DNA of 64,000 bases from contig OZ241832.1 in NCBI GenBank assembly GCA_965202585.1, forward strand, positions 56,916,001 to 56,980,000. The letters run 5' to 3'. Under the pieces are notes generated by a model. It saw only the letters and a program-made list of their open reading frames with translations, did not search any database and was not told the origin of the DNA. This document shows positions 1-12,789 of this stretch, piece after piece. How positions within the stretch are numbered: position 1 is the stretch's first letter; each line of letters starts with the position of its first letter. Position numbers and translations under genes: made by a program. The DNA is from Thalia democratica. Its lineage: Eukaryota.

Positions 1-1663
1 TACATCTAAAGTTCTTAGACTTGGGAAATTTTGTAAAGTTAAAGGATTAAAAAAAGCGATCAACTGTTTCCATAAAATTAGATTCCGGCCGGTTCCAATA
101 CTTTTATTTAAATTAGAACCCGAGCCATTATTCGGCTGGATACGGATATTGGATCCGGTTAATCACTACTTAAAAATGCTTCGGTCCGCAAAAGGCTAAT
201 TTTTTCCAGATCCGGCCCGTTGATTGAAAAACGTAAGTATGTTGTGTACGACTCAATAACCAAAAGGTTTGATCTTACTCCAGGTATTTAGACCAAGTTT
301 TTTAAGCGTTTTATATCGTTAGGTAAACAATATTATAAAGTATAAGCTTCAGCCGATTTTCTAAGCTAAATAAAAAACTAACAAACAATCTTAAATATAA
401 ATGTTTATTTATTTCAAAATGAACTATTATTTTTATCAGAAACTAAGCCTCAAAAATACTTTAACTTTAACCTTTTTTGTTTAAAAACAGCTTTTGTCCA
501 TAAATACTTGTTTTGAAAACTTAAGATTACATTTTAAGCGTAACTACTATATTGACTGACTTAACTTTAGCAAAACATAATATTTATTCTAAAGTAGTTA
601 AAAAACTAAAAGTAGTATCAAAGTAGCTTGAAAGCTTGAAAGTAAAATTGAAAGTATTATCGTATTATTAAGCACATACATACTGTGTGCAATAGTTTTT
701 TTAATATTTTTAAACTATTTATCGAAGTTTTAGTTTAAATAAACAAGAAATTTTACGCATGCATAAACTTTTAGAGAAAATAAAATAAGTTAATCTAATT
801 TTATTGTTATATAAAGCAAAAAAAAGCAATCTCTGTAGTGGCTTTTTTTTAATACACGTTTTTAATATTGTTAACATCAGTGTTTTACTTTTGTTTCGTA
901 TATAAAAAGAAAACTAAAAAGAGCGTAGTAGTCGCCTCTTAATTGCCAAATAATCATATTTAAGAAAATAATTTCGAAATTTCCAGGTTTAACTTTTAAG
1001 AAATGTTCAAATATTTTAAAACTAATTTGACTTGAAACTATTTCAATACTCTTAAAACCTTAATTGTATTAAAACGATCTAATATTTTTTTAAACTTAAT
1101 TTTCGGCAAACAAAGCAAACGAAAAAAGAAACAAAATTAAACAAAAACTTAGAGTAGTAACTTCCTATAAAAATATAGTATATTTGTTATACTTAATTAG
1201 TTTTAATTATTAATTTCTAGTTTTTTTAAAATTTATTTAAAAAAATGGTCTGTAGTTAAAACTTAAAAAGTTTGATAAATTTTAAAGTTTAATTTATTTT
1301 GAATAGTTGCATTCTTATTTTTATCTACTGATAATAAAAATTAATTTTCTTTTTAAAACAGTTCTAGTACAAGTTTGACTAAACTTTGTTTTCACTAAAT
1401 ATATTACTTAACTTTTTTTTTTAATTTATTTGGTTTAAGCCAATTACATGTTTCATAAATATAACGATAAAATTTTGATATAATAGAAATTTCAAACGTA
1501 GTTGAAATGCCACTAGTAGTTACAGTTTTTTATCTTTGCTTTTAAGAGCTTGTCTTTGTCTCTGATAATACCTGCAAAAAATTTTTAAATTTTAAGTCTT
1601 TAATAAGTATCTCAAACCAATTATGAAGAGTTAAAAAAGTTTTTTGATAGTGCGTACCTTACG
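1..1663 (+). repeat. Dispersed repeat, copy 1 (~1.7 kb), direct repeat of 6664-8360; runs off the left edge
   Basis: Colinear with 6664-8360 from TACATCTAAAGTTCTTAGAC (1/6664) to ATAGTGCGTACCTTACG (1647-1663/8344-8360), roughly 90% identity by eye. Contains an hAT-MITE-like end (GGATCCGGTTAATCACTA, ~151-168). Confidence 0.9.
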
Positions 1664-2100
1664 TCGTAGACGTCGTAAGGTACGCACTATTAAAAAAACT
1701 TTTTTAACTCTTCATAATTGGTTTGAGATACTTATTAAATACTTAACATTTAAAAACTTTTTGCAAGTACTATCAGAGACTAAGACAAGCTCTTTAAAGC
1801 AAAGATAGAAAACTGTAACTACTAGTGACATTTCAACTACGTTTGACATTTTTATTATATCAAAACTTTATCGTCAAATAAATAAATGTTATTACTTTCA
1901 TTAAACATGTATTTTATTAAAAGCAAATTAAAAAAAAATTGATAATAAGTTTAAATTAGTTTAAGATAAGAATTTTTTTTTATTTTCCAGTAGACAAAAA
2001 TGCAAATATTTAAAGAAATGAAACTCTAAAATTTATCAAACTTGAACAAAATATAATAACTTTTTAAGTTTAAACTACAGACCATTTTTTAAATAAATAA
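1230..2100. repeat. Long imperfect palindrome (arms ~430 bp) centred at ~1668
   Basis: ATAGTGCGTACCTTACG (1647-1663) and CGTAAGGTACGCACTAT (1674-1690) are exact reverse complements. The arms match closely for ~200 bp and patchily out to AAAAAATGGTCTGTAG (~1245) / CTACAGACCATTTTTT (~2075). Confidence 0.9.
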
Positions 2101-2655
2101 ACAACTTAATTTAATTTTCAAATTTGATTCATCAGTTTTTGACAGAAAAAAACCTTGATTAAAACGGTACAAGTTTAACTAAACAACTATAATACAACAA
2201 CTGATCTAATATAGAAACACAAGTTTATTTAAAATAAGTATTTTAAAAACTAACACAAAATGAGTTTAGTTGTTGTTTTTTGTTTTTACACAGTTAAGGT
2301 TTTACAATTTAAACAAGTTCAATCTAAGTGTGTTGCAACCCTTCTTATTTAGTGAATTTATAAGGGTGGCCACTGATTATTAAGAATTTTTTCCCGGTTG
2401 TTTAAATAAAAATTTTCTTGTTTCTGTATGGTACAATATTAAACTTAACATAGAGAAATTTTTTTTTATCGCAAAAAATTATTAAGAAAGATATACCACA
2501 ATGATATTTTAAATATATTTTATAGTATATAGACTTAGATCAGTATTGAAAGTATAGAATATAAAAGTTATTTCGTATTAATTTGGTATATGATGTAAGG
2601 CTCCATGTCCAAAAGGTCTTTCTCCACACCAATCCATTGACCATAGTTGTGAGAG

Positions 2656-3309
2656 ATGCGCATCTTATCGAGGGATAGTTAAAGGATAATTAAAGGATAA
2701 TTCAAACTATCCTTTTATGTGCAATTTTTGCTTCAAACTTTTAGTGGAAAAGTACTGAGAAAACGAGAGAATAAAGAAAAAAGTTAGCCTCTCTCGTTTT
2801 GTTTACACATTTATTTCAGCTCCTTAGTTACAAATAAGCTAAAAACATTAAACCAACTGTATTTCAATTTATTATTCAATACTGTATTTTTTATTTATAA
2901 AATACCTTTGAGCACATAATAATACAATGGTTACTGCTATCCTATCTATTCAAAAACTGTTATTATGGCAATTACCTAGAATGATGTTGCACCAATATCA
3001 AGCTGAAATTGTATAGTTAGCCAGATATTCATAAAACTTGTAATAAATAAACATATGAATATATAAAAATTAACATATTACACTCAATGTTCGATTATAG
3101 TAGTACATCATGCTAGGTAACTACAATAATATTTTCTGCTAAAAACGTTATTTCGCTGTGACGTCAAAATTACTTAACGGATTACCTTGAAACTATATTG
3201 TGCACCTACTAAGGTCATCATTAGGGAGTATACGAATTTTCATTGCCGTCCGTGCAGTAACTTTCTCAAACGAGATTAATGGTCAACTATCCTTTGATAA
3301 GAGATCCAT
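2656..3309. mobile_element. MITE (~654 bp) with ~25-bp imperfect TIRs and a 10-bp TSD (Mutator-like TSD length)
   Basis: Left end ATGCGCATCTTATCGAGGGATAGTT; right end reverse complement ATGGATCTCTTATCAAAGGATAGTT. Flanked by the exact direct repeat GTTGTGAGAG at 2646-2655 and 3310-3319. No ORF. Confidence 0.8.
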
Positions 3310-3689
3310 GTTGTGAGAGTTCTCATTTTTCTTTCTTTTTTTATCTAAATTTCTAAATTTTTCATATAAAACTGTACAAAACTTTAGGTTTTATTACATT
3401 TTTTTTTGAAAATTCAAGATTTTTCAAAATAGTATTGAACCTATGTTTTTATTTCCTAAATTTTCATATTATTACATGTTTTTTTTTTCTGTATTTTTAT
3501 ATAAAATATTTACCCTGACCTATGGAGTCAACATTATACAGTTATGACAATCTAAAGAAAAATTAGATTGTAATAAGTAAAAGATTTAATTAGTGTAAAA
3601 TTAGCATGGACTGATGTTGTAGGGGTCCAATCACCACTTAGGAAAATCATTAAGTTGAACATTGTAAGATCAAATACATAGTCGTTTTT

Positions 3690-3845
3690 TCGCTGGACAA
3701 AATCTGACTGGACAAAATTTTCAGCTTGATATTCCGCTAAAAACACAGTGAGTTCAAACAAACTAAACTGGACAATTTTGAGAAGGACAAATAACTAACT
3801 GGACAATTTTGGAAAGGACAAAAATCTCACTGGACAGTTTTGAAA
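3690..3845 (+). repeat. Cluster of short CTGGACAA/AGGACAA motifs, probable subterminal array of a truncated element
   Basis: About seven (CT/AA)GGACA(A/G) motifs within ~150 bp. I found no partner end. Confidence 0.5.
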
Positions 3846-3949
3846 CAATAAAACAAAATAAAGAAATAATGAAAAAAAAAAATTGTTTGTATTTTCTATA
3901 ATATTTTAAAGCTTAAATAACGTAAACAATATTGCAAATATCTAAAAAA

Positions 3950-4270
3950 AAATGTTATTAAAATTAATAATATTAATAAAAATTTTAAATAATAAATATT
4001 AATAAAAAAATATTAATAAAATAAAAAAATATTAATAAAATATTAATAAAAAAAAATATTAATAAAATAAAAATCTAAATTAAAAAAAAATAAACAAAAA
4101 TTTAAAACTTATTAAATCTCAAAAAACGTAAGCAATAGTACAAAAATATTAATAAAAAAATCTAAATTAAAAAAAAAATTAACAAAAATTTAAAACTTAT
4201 TAAAGTATAAAGAAACGTAAGCAGTAATGAGAATATTTTATAAGAATAAAACTGTCTAAATTAAAAAAAA
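3950..4270 (+). repeat. A-rich low-complexity / degenerate tandem repeat (AATATTAATAAAAAA) with an ~80-bp local duplication
   Basis: Repeated AATATTAATAAAA units. TCTAAATTAAAAAAAAA...AAAATTTAAAACTTATTAAA occurs at ~4075 and ~4161. Confidence 0.75.
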
Positions 4271-5347
4271 ACGTTTTAAGTTTGTAATTCTGTAAATAAT
4301 AAATACAAACAAATTAAAATAGTAAAAACTTATTTTAAAATTTTTATACATTTGTATAAATACGCAATATTGCAATAACATATAAGTGTTTTAAAACAAA
4401 AACAAAATTATTTCAAATTTGCAAATGTGTAAGAGGTAATTGAAATTAAAAGAAAACAATAAAAACTCTTTTAAAACTTTAGTTATATTTTTAAAATATA
4501 GAAAATAAAATAGGGTACGCAATATTGTTGAATATTAGATAACATTAAAGTTTGTCTGAAATTAAATAAAATCTAATAAACCGTTTAATCATTTGTATTT
4601 GTGTTTTTAACTTACAAATACTTAAAATGTTACAAATAACAGGAAAGTAAAGTAGAAGCGCAGTGGGTTTCAAGTTAGGTAAAATTCCCTTTTAATATTG
4701 TTTACATAATTTTGATATTTATATCCATGTTTACAAACTTATATTCAAATTGTATCTTGACCAGGGCCTAAATTTAAGATGAAAATTTAATAATGTAGTT
4801 TATCAAACGACAAAATTAAAAACGCACAAAATTTTTGGTCCTAAGACGTGTTATTCGATACAAAGAACCTTTTGATTATTGAGTCTTGCACGACGGATAT
4901 CTTTTGTAATATATAATAATCTTTATTTAACTGTAATTATTATATATTATAATAATATGCAAAAAAATTCAAAAAAAATAATTTGTGTATTAAACATTTA
5001 ATTGCATTAATAGTTTTTAAAATATTGCATTTTAATGACTATAATATAACGAAAATTAAATATCTCAGTTTAATTTTTTTATTAAAACTTTAGCGGCATG
5101 CAACATTAAAACGTAAAATTAAATTAAAATATTGCAATTTATATTATAAAGTTTAAATTTTCTTTGCTTATAATATAATATTAATATATATAAAAGAAAT
5201 ATACAAATTAAAGTATCTTTATAAAATATTTAATTGACCTGTTTTTTTAATTATTAAAATTTTACCATTTTTATATAATGCAAATTAAATTTATAGTTTT
5301 AGAGAACTATATTAAAACTTTTGCTGCTTAATTCAATTCAATTAACT

Positions 5348-5830
5348 GCTAGTGACATTTCAACTACGTTTGACATTTTTACTATATCAAAACTTTATTG
5401 TCAAATAAATAAATGTTATTACTTTCATTAAACATGTATTTTATTAAAAGCAAATAAAATCAAAAAATTATAATAATAAGTTTAAATTAGTTTAAGATAA
5501 TAATTTTTTTTTATTTATCAGTAGACAAAAATGCAAATATTTAAAGAAATGAAACTCTAAAATTTATCAAACTTAAATAAAAAATAATAACTTTATAGTT
5601 TAAACTACAGACCATTTTTTAAATAAATAAACAACTTGAATTTAATTTTCAAATTTGACAGAAAAAAACCTTGATTAAAGCGGTACAAGTTTAACTAAAC
5701 AACTATAATACAACAACTGATCTAATATATAAACATAAGTTTATTTAACATAAGTATTTTAAAAATTAGCACAAAATGTGTTTAGTTGTTGTTTTTTGTT
5801 TTTACATAGTTAAGGTTTTACAATTTTAAC
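5348..5830 (+). repeat. Direct copy of 1822-2320 (same family as the palindrome arm)
   Basis: CTAGTGACATTTCAACTACGTTTGACATTTTT...GTTAAGGTTTTACAATTT is colinear at 1822-2320 and 5348-5830. Confidence 0.9.
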
Positions 5831-6181
5831 CACTGAATCGTAAAACAAGTGAAATTAAACAATAATATATAGCATAAATTGTTTAGAATTATTTTAACAG
5901 GTTTAACATATGTTTTAAACCAGAAAACAGTAAACTTAAACATATGTAACTGTACATCTGTATCAAGACTTCAGTCGGGGTACACTTACTTAACTGTAAT
6001 CAAACAATATATACACCTATTTGGGCACGACTGTTTTTTTAACTCTTATTTTGATTTCAATGTTGTTAGAAAAGTTTTGGTATACATTTTGTTTGTAATT
6101 TACTAAGTAAATAAAGTATTCAGAATTTTTGTTTGTGATATCCGTTAAAGATAAAAAAAAATATTTTATTATATCGTAATA

Positions 6182-6300
6182 TAGGGGTGGGCAACGTACG
6201 GCCCGCAGAGTAAAAATGTCCGACCCCGACCGTTGTTTAAACTTAATTTGAATTCAGCCCCAAATGAAAATGACCGACCTGCGAGCGAAGTGACAGGCCC
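6182..6300 (+). mobile_element. hAT (Charlie/SPIN-type) left-end remnant
   Basis: TAGGGGTGGGCAACGTACGGCCCGC resembles the CAGGGGTGG(G/C)CAA...CGGCCCGC termini of non-autonomous hAT elements. I found no matching right end. Confidence 0.5.
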
Positions 6301-6663
6301 AAAAAGGGTATAACAAATTTATTAACAATATATTAACTAAATTATTAACAATATAATATTACAAAATAATAACAGTATAACAAATTTTTTATAAAAATAT
6401 TTATCATATTTTTACAAAACTAAATTATAAGAATCTCACTTTAAAAACATGCTAAAAAAATATTTTATAAATTAATGTGTACTAATAATTACACTATTTT
6501 GTCCTAATATTTTTGTTGTTTTAACTTAGTTGGAATATCTTTTTGTTAAATTAACCCAAGCAAAGTTTTTTTTTAAGTACAATATTTTACATACGTACCT
6601 TTGTCATTTACAATGTCAGTTCTATCTTGTAGACATTATTTTAACATCTGACATGGTTCAATC

Positions 6664-8384
6664 TACATCTAAAGTTCTTAGACTTGGGAAATTTTGTAAA
6701 GTTGAAGGATTAAGAAAAGCGATCAACTGTTTCCATAAAATTAGATTTCGGCCGGTTCCAAAACTTTTATTTAAATTAGTACCCGAGTCATTATTCGGCT
6801 GGATACGGATATTGGATCCGGTTAATCGCTAGTTTGAAATGCTCCGGTCCGCAAAAGGCTAATTTTTTCCAGATCCGGCCCGTTGATTGAAAAACGTAAG
6901 CATGTTGTGTACGACTCGATAACCAAAAGGTTTGATCATACTCCAGGTATTTAGATCAAGTCTTTTAGGCGTTTCATATCGTTAGGTAAACACTATTATA
7001 AAGTATAAGCTTTAGCCGAATTTCTAAGCTAAATAAAAAACTAACAAACAAATCTTAAATATAAATGTTTATTTATTTCAAAATGAACTATTATTTTTAT
7101 CAGAAACTAAGCCTCAAAAATACTTTAACTTTAACCTTTTTTGTTTAAAAACAGCTTCTATCCATAAATACTTGTTTTTGAAACTTAAGATTACACTTAA
7201 AGCGTAACTACTATATTGACTGACTTGACTTTAGCAAAACATAATATTTATTCTAAAGTAGCTAAAAAACTAAAAGTAGTATGAAAGTAGTTTGAAAGCT
7301 TAATATAAAATTGAAAGTTTTATCGTATTATTAAGCACATACATACTGTGTGCAATATTTTATTTAATACATTTAATCTATTTATTGAAGTTTTAGTTTA
7401 AATAAGCAAGAAATTTTACGCGTGCATAAACTTTTAGAGAAAATAAAACAAGTTAAACTAACTTTATTGTTATATTAAGCAAACAATAGCAATCTCTGTA
7501 GTGGCTTTTTTTAATACACGTTTTTAATATTGTTAACACCAATGTTTTACTTTTGTTTCGTATATAAAAAAAAACTAAATAGAGCCTAGCAGTCGCCTCT
7601 TAATTGCCATGAAACGGATTTTTATATCTAAGCTTTATTTAAATAATCATATTTAAGAAAATAATTTCGAAACTTCCAGGTTTAACTTTTAAGAAATGTT
7701 CAAATATTTTAGAACTAATTGAATAGAAACTATATTAATATTTTTAAAACCTTAATTGTATAAAAACGATCTAGTATTTTTTTATATTAATTTTCAGCAA
7801 ACAAAGCAAACGAAATAAGAAACAGAATTGAACAAAAATTTGAGTAGTATCTTTACTATAAAAATATAGTATATTTGTTATACTTAATTAGTTTTAATAA
7901 TTAATTTCAAGTTGTTTTTATATATATTTTAAAAATGGTCTGTTGTTTAAACTTGTAATTAAAACTAAAAAAGTTTGATAAATTTTAGAGTTTAATTTAT
8001 TTTGGATAGTTGCATACTTATTATTATCTACTAATAATAATATTTTTTTTTAACAGTTCTAGTACAATTTTGACTAAACTTTGTTTTCACTAAATATATT
8101 ACTAAACTTTTTTTTTTTAATTTATTTGGTTTAAGTCAATTACATGTTTCATAAAAATAACGATAAAGTTTTGATATAGTGAAAATGTCAAACGTAGTTG
8201 AAATGTCACTAGTAGTTACAGTTTTCTATCTTTGCTTTAAAGAGCTTGTCTTCGTCTCTGATAATACCTGCAAAAAGTTTTTAAATGTTAAGTTTTTAAT
8301 AAGTATCTCAAACCAATTATGAAGAGTGAAAAATTTTTTTTTAATAGTGCGTACCTTACGCGGGTGCGTACCTTACGACGTCTT
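6664..8384 (+). repeat. Dispersed repeat, copy 2 (see 1-1663), ending in a doubled GTGCGTACCTTACG motif
   Basis: Colinear with 1-1663. Ends GTGCGTACCTTACG-CGG-GTGCGTACCTTACGACGTCT (8347-8383). Confidence 0.9.
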
Positions 8385-8546
8385 TACTTTTTGAAATCAC
8401 TGAAATTTGGACCTGTTAGTAAATGTATATTGCATATCTTATAAAATAGAAAAAAAGATCCTGTAAATAATGCTAAAAAGCGTGTGCCGCGATTCGTGTG
8501 TAAAACCTTGTACTTTTTTTAGAGACTTAGGCTTGTTTTAACTTTT

Positions 8547-11500
8547 GGTTATGGTCGGTTTTAGGGGCGCGTATTTTACTTATAAAATTCATCTTTATTA
8601 AAGGTACTTTTTGACTTAATATTCAATTATTTATATTAGCAGGGCTACGCCCTGCTAATATTTACATTTATTATTAAAGTTGCTACAGTATTACACTATA
8701 TTTACTTTGGGACAAGTCAAAATTGCATTACCACAAAATTGCTCGAAGAAAAATTTGCACGAGATGACAAAATTTCACAATCAAAATTTTTCACCAAGGG
8801 TCAATTACTTTTGCTCACAGACAAAGTTGCACGAGGGGACTAATTTTCACATGGAAAAATTTGCACGAAAGCCAAAATTTCACAAAGACAATTTTGCAAC
8901 AAAGGTTAATTTTGCACGAAGACAAATTTGCATAAACGGTCAGTTTGCACAAAGATACTTTTGCACTTAGACAAATTTGCACGAGGAGATAAAATTGCAC
9001 TAAGACAATTTTACACCTAAAGTCAATTTTGCACGAAAGTTAAAAAAAACAGAAAAACAAACTAAAAGACAACTTAATAATAAACAAAAAAACTGTTATT
9101 AACGTGGGTAAGGATTAGAGGTAACAGTGTTAGTTAAAATAAAGGTTAGTTTGTAAATATCATTAAATTAAACAAGAAAATGAAAAAACAAAAATTAACT
9201 AATTAAAAAGAAAAAAAGCTATAGAATGATAGTATTAGTAAAGAAAAGTTATAAAAAAATATCAATAAGAAAAAAATGAAGTAAAATAAGTTACCAAGCG
9301 AGGGTAAGAACTAGGGGTAAAATAAAAACAATTACACAAAGTAATAGTCGTTGATAATCTTAAATATCTTTTTATTAAAGATGTAACGCTTTTTTTAACG
9401 TATTATAAAGTTAACCTTGTCATTAAGTTCAAAATTTAATTAATAGAAACTTCTTCTAATTATATATGTTATTATAATTTACTAAATTATTTGGATATTC
9501 ACATAAGAATATTTTGAACTGTTCTTTGTAGGATTCTAAAAGTACGAAGTAATTATATTTCATTTGTATAACAACTAAGTTAAATTATGACTTAGAAACT
9601 AGTAACTTTTAATTATTAAAAAAAAAACGAAGTTATTCCAAAAACTTTTTTATTTTAAAATTTTTTAAAATTTTCAAAAAGTTTTTTATTTTACTTACAA
9701 ATTCACATAAGAAAGTAAAATATACTTAATATTCTTTCCCGTCTGAATAATGTAACTTCTATTTAAAATTGATTAATTTAAAACTACAATTGATTTCAAT
9801 TTTACTTAGTTTCATTTTTTAATAAAAAAAGTTTAGTTATGAATATGCATAAACAATTTATCATAGAATACATAGATAATAGACAAATGGCTTGAATATA
9901 AAATTTTTCGTTTATTTAAAAAACTTGTTTTTGCTTTATGTTGTAAAATAACTTTAAAACTGAGTTTAAATAATTTTTATAATTTTAATATTAAAAAATT
10001 AATAAATCAATTCATTTTAATAGAAATGCTTAATTTTAGTTTTAACGTTGATTTTTGTTTGTCGTTAATGATACGTTGAACTATGGTGTATGACAAAATT
10101 AGAGAAGGTTTTATTAAAATTTGAGTAACAAATATTTTGACTCACTTTATTTTTTCGTTTTTGAGTATTTGTCATACAATGAATACTACTTTACGCTATC
10201 TTGATTCTTGATAGAAACGAAAGTTCTTTTTTTGTCGTATTCTATAAAAAGATAAAAACGATTTAAAAGTGTTTTACTTGCTTGCATCATGTTAAATAAC
10301 TTGAAGTAAGAATATTTTTAAACTAAAAATGTCAACTTTTAATCAATATGACAATCAAATTTACAATTAGGATGATAGTTGTAATTGTACTTACCTAAGT
10401 TTCTTTCATACTTTTGTTATCGTATTTAGAGTTTTATTAATTTAACTTGTTGACAATGTTTACTTTATAAAACATTTAAAAAAAAGTTTACAGTTTTTAG
10501 AAAAAATATTTTAAGATTATCAACTATTATAAAAGTACATTGCTAAAAAACTATCAATTGTTTTAATGAGCAAGCATCTTTCTTTTTAATGAATACAAAA
10601 GTTAAAATAAAGGTACTGTGTTAGATATAAACTTAAATAAACAATTGATTCTCTAATACTTTACCTAATAAAAGTGTTAGAAATAAAATTTTACTATTTA
10701 AACAAAAAACTTCTATTTAATTGTTTATTTGCTTTTATTAATTAACTTTTTTATATATTTTACTATCACTGTTACATCTAATCCTTATTCCTTACCCTCG
10801 GTCGGTAACTTATCTTTTTTTCTCATTGATTATAATAAATTTTTTTTTTTAATTTCTACCCTTAACCCTTATTCCTCAGTCGGTAGCTTTTTTTCCTATT
10901 AATTTATTCTTATTTATTAATTTACTTGTTTTTTTTATAAAATCGCTTATAATTCTTTTTTTTTTAATTTTACTATAACTGTTACCTTTAACTATTACCC
11001 TTGGTCAGTTACTTTTATTTTGTTAAGTTAGTTATTTATTATTTTGATTTTATTTATATCATTTTTATGTTTTTTTTACTGTCGAGCAAAATTGCCCATT
11101 TGTGCAAAAATTTCTTTTTGAAATTCTGTCCATTGTGCAAAAGTATCTTTGTGCAAATTTGATCCTTGGTGCAAAATTGTTTTTGTGCGAAATTAACCTC
11201 TAGAGCAATTTAGTCTTTTGGTGCAAATTTGTCTTCGTGCAAATTGACCCTAGATGCAAAATTGTCTTTGTGCAATTGTGTCCTTTTGTGCAAATTTGTC
11301 TTCGTGAAATTTAGTCCCCTCTTGCAATTTTGTCTGTGAGCAAAAGTATCTTTGTTCAAAATTGACCCTTGGTGAAAATATTTGATTGTTAAATTTTGTC
11401 ATCTCGTGTAATTTTGTCGTAATGCAATTTTGACTTGTACCCAAAGTAAATATAGTTTAGTAGTGTAGCAACTTTGATAATAAATGTAAATATTAGCAGG

Positions 11501-11604
11501 GCGTAGCCCTGCTAATATAAGTAATTGAATATTTAGTTAAAAAGTACCTTTAAAAAATATGAATTTAATAAGTAAAATACGCGCCCCTAAAACCGACCAT
11601 AACC
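8547..11604. mobile_element. Foldback-type non-autonomous DNA transposon (~3.06 kb) with long modular TIRs and an 8-bp TSD
   Basis: Starts GGTTATGGTCGGTTTTAGGGGCGCGTATTTTACT and ends with the reverse complement ...CGCGCCCCTAAAACCGACCATAACC. TSD TAACTTTT at 8539-8546 and 11605-11612. TIRs are clear over ~480 bp and include degenerate ~20-bp tandem units (GACAAATTTGCACGAA-like). Weaker inverted similarity extends to ~9380/10490. No transposase ORF. Confidence 0.9.
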
Positions 11605-12789
11605 TAACTTTTATTCTAAATTTGGTCTAGATAAGGTAGTTCATTATTCTCAGTCTAGTCTTTTTGACTATTTTTTTCTAATTATGATTTTAGAGTTTCT
11701 GTTATCATTTGGTAATTTTATAGATTTAAGTCTGAATAATGTTAATTTAGCCTAACTTATGCATGGTTTAACTTTAAAGTTTATTTTTTAAATGTATTAT
11801 AAAATAACTTTTGATGTAACTCAGGCTGACTTTTTGTCCCAAAGAGTGGCAACCCTGTAAAAGGTTCAAAATAAATAGTGAAGAAAAACTTTTTTATTTT
11901 TTTTTTTTGATAAATAACATACTAATGTTTTTCAAGTTTTTATTTGTATTTTTATTATGAGTTTTTGTAAACTTGACATTTGTAAATTGTTCCTTTTAAA
12001 ATGAAAAACTAGAGTTAACTTAGCTGGATTAGCATTTTTTTGTAATTTCAAAAAATGTCCAATTTTTAGATCTAGTTATTTTTTTATATTTATAAAGCTA
12101 ACTAAGATTTTTTTAAAACTAGAGAACACTCCTTTGCCTTTTATTAAAATAAAATCAATTGGATTGTGGTTTGACTTTATGAGTGAGGACCATTAGAAAA
12201 AAAATTGTTTTTTTTTGGAAATCATTAATCTAACCAATGTTTTAGCAAGAAAATAGTATCTTTTTTTAATATTCTTACTTTGCTGTATTTTCAAGGGTGG
12301 GTGTTTTTGTTTCCAAATTTCTAATTTTTCAATAATATATACAAATATGCCAATTGTAAATTTCAAAGACCCTGTATTTTCTAACAGTCCTGTAGCATAA
12401 AAAATTTATAATTTTTTTTATTACTTAATTATAACTATTTTAAACAGTATGACTTTTATTTTTATTTAAACTGTTTTTATCTGATGTTTATTTTAACAGT
12501 TTATCACTAACAAAAAATGTTTCACTCCTATATCTGCATATAGGAGATCCTTAGTTGTTGTAAACAAATCTGAAAACTGTTTTATGTAAACATGACCCAT
12601 GCACGTTTTATAAAGATTATCATTATTTGAATATGAAATCCTCATAAAGAAATATGACTTTATATAAACTTTCGACATTTTTTAAAAATTGCAAAAAAAA
12701 TGCTAATTAAGCTAAGTTAACGCTCGTAAATAAAATTTATACTCTTAGAATTTCAAAAGTATTATATTCAATATCTTATAAAAACATAA

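Noticed and set aside
6530-6832. 100-aa ORF inside the dispersed repeat
   Set aside because: It is AT-rich, has no recognisable transposase or other motif, and lies in repeat DNA.
8680-9000. ORFs 8680-8970 (+), 8815-9000 (-) and 11250-11444 (-) with repetitive K/F/H/C content
   Set aside because: They are translations of the tandem modules in the foldback TIRs. They have no coding-like composition and no domain.
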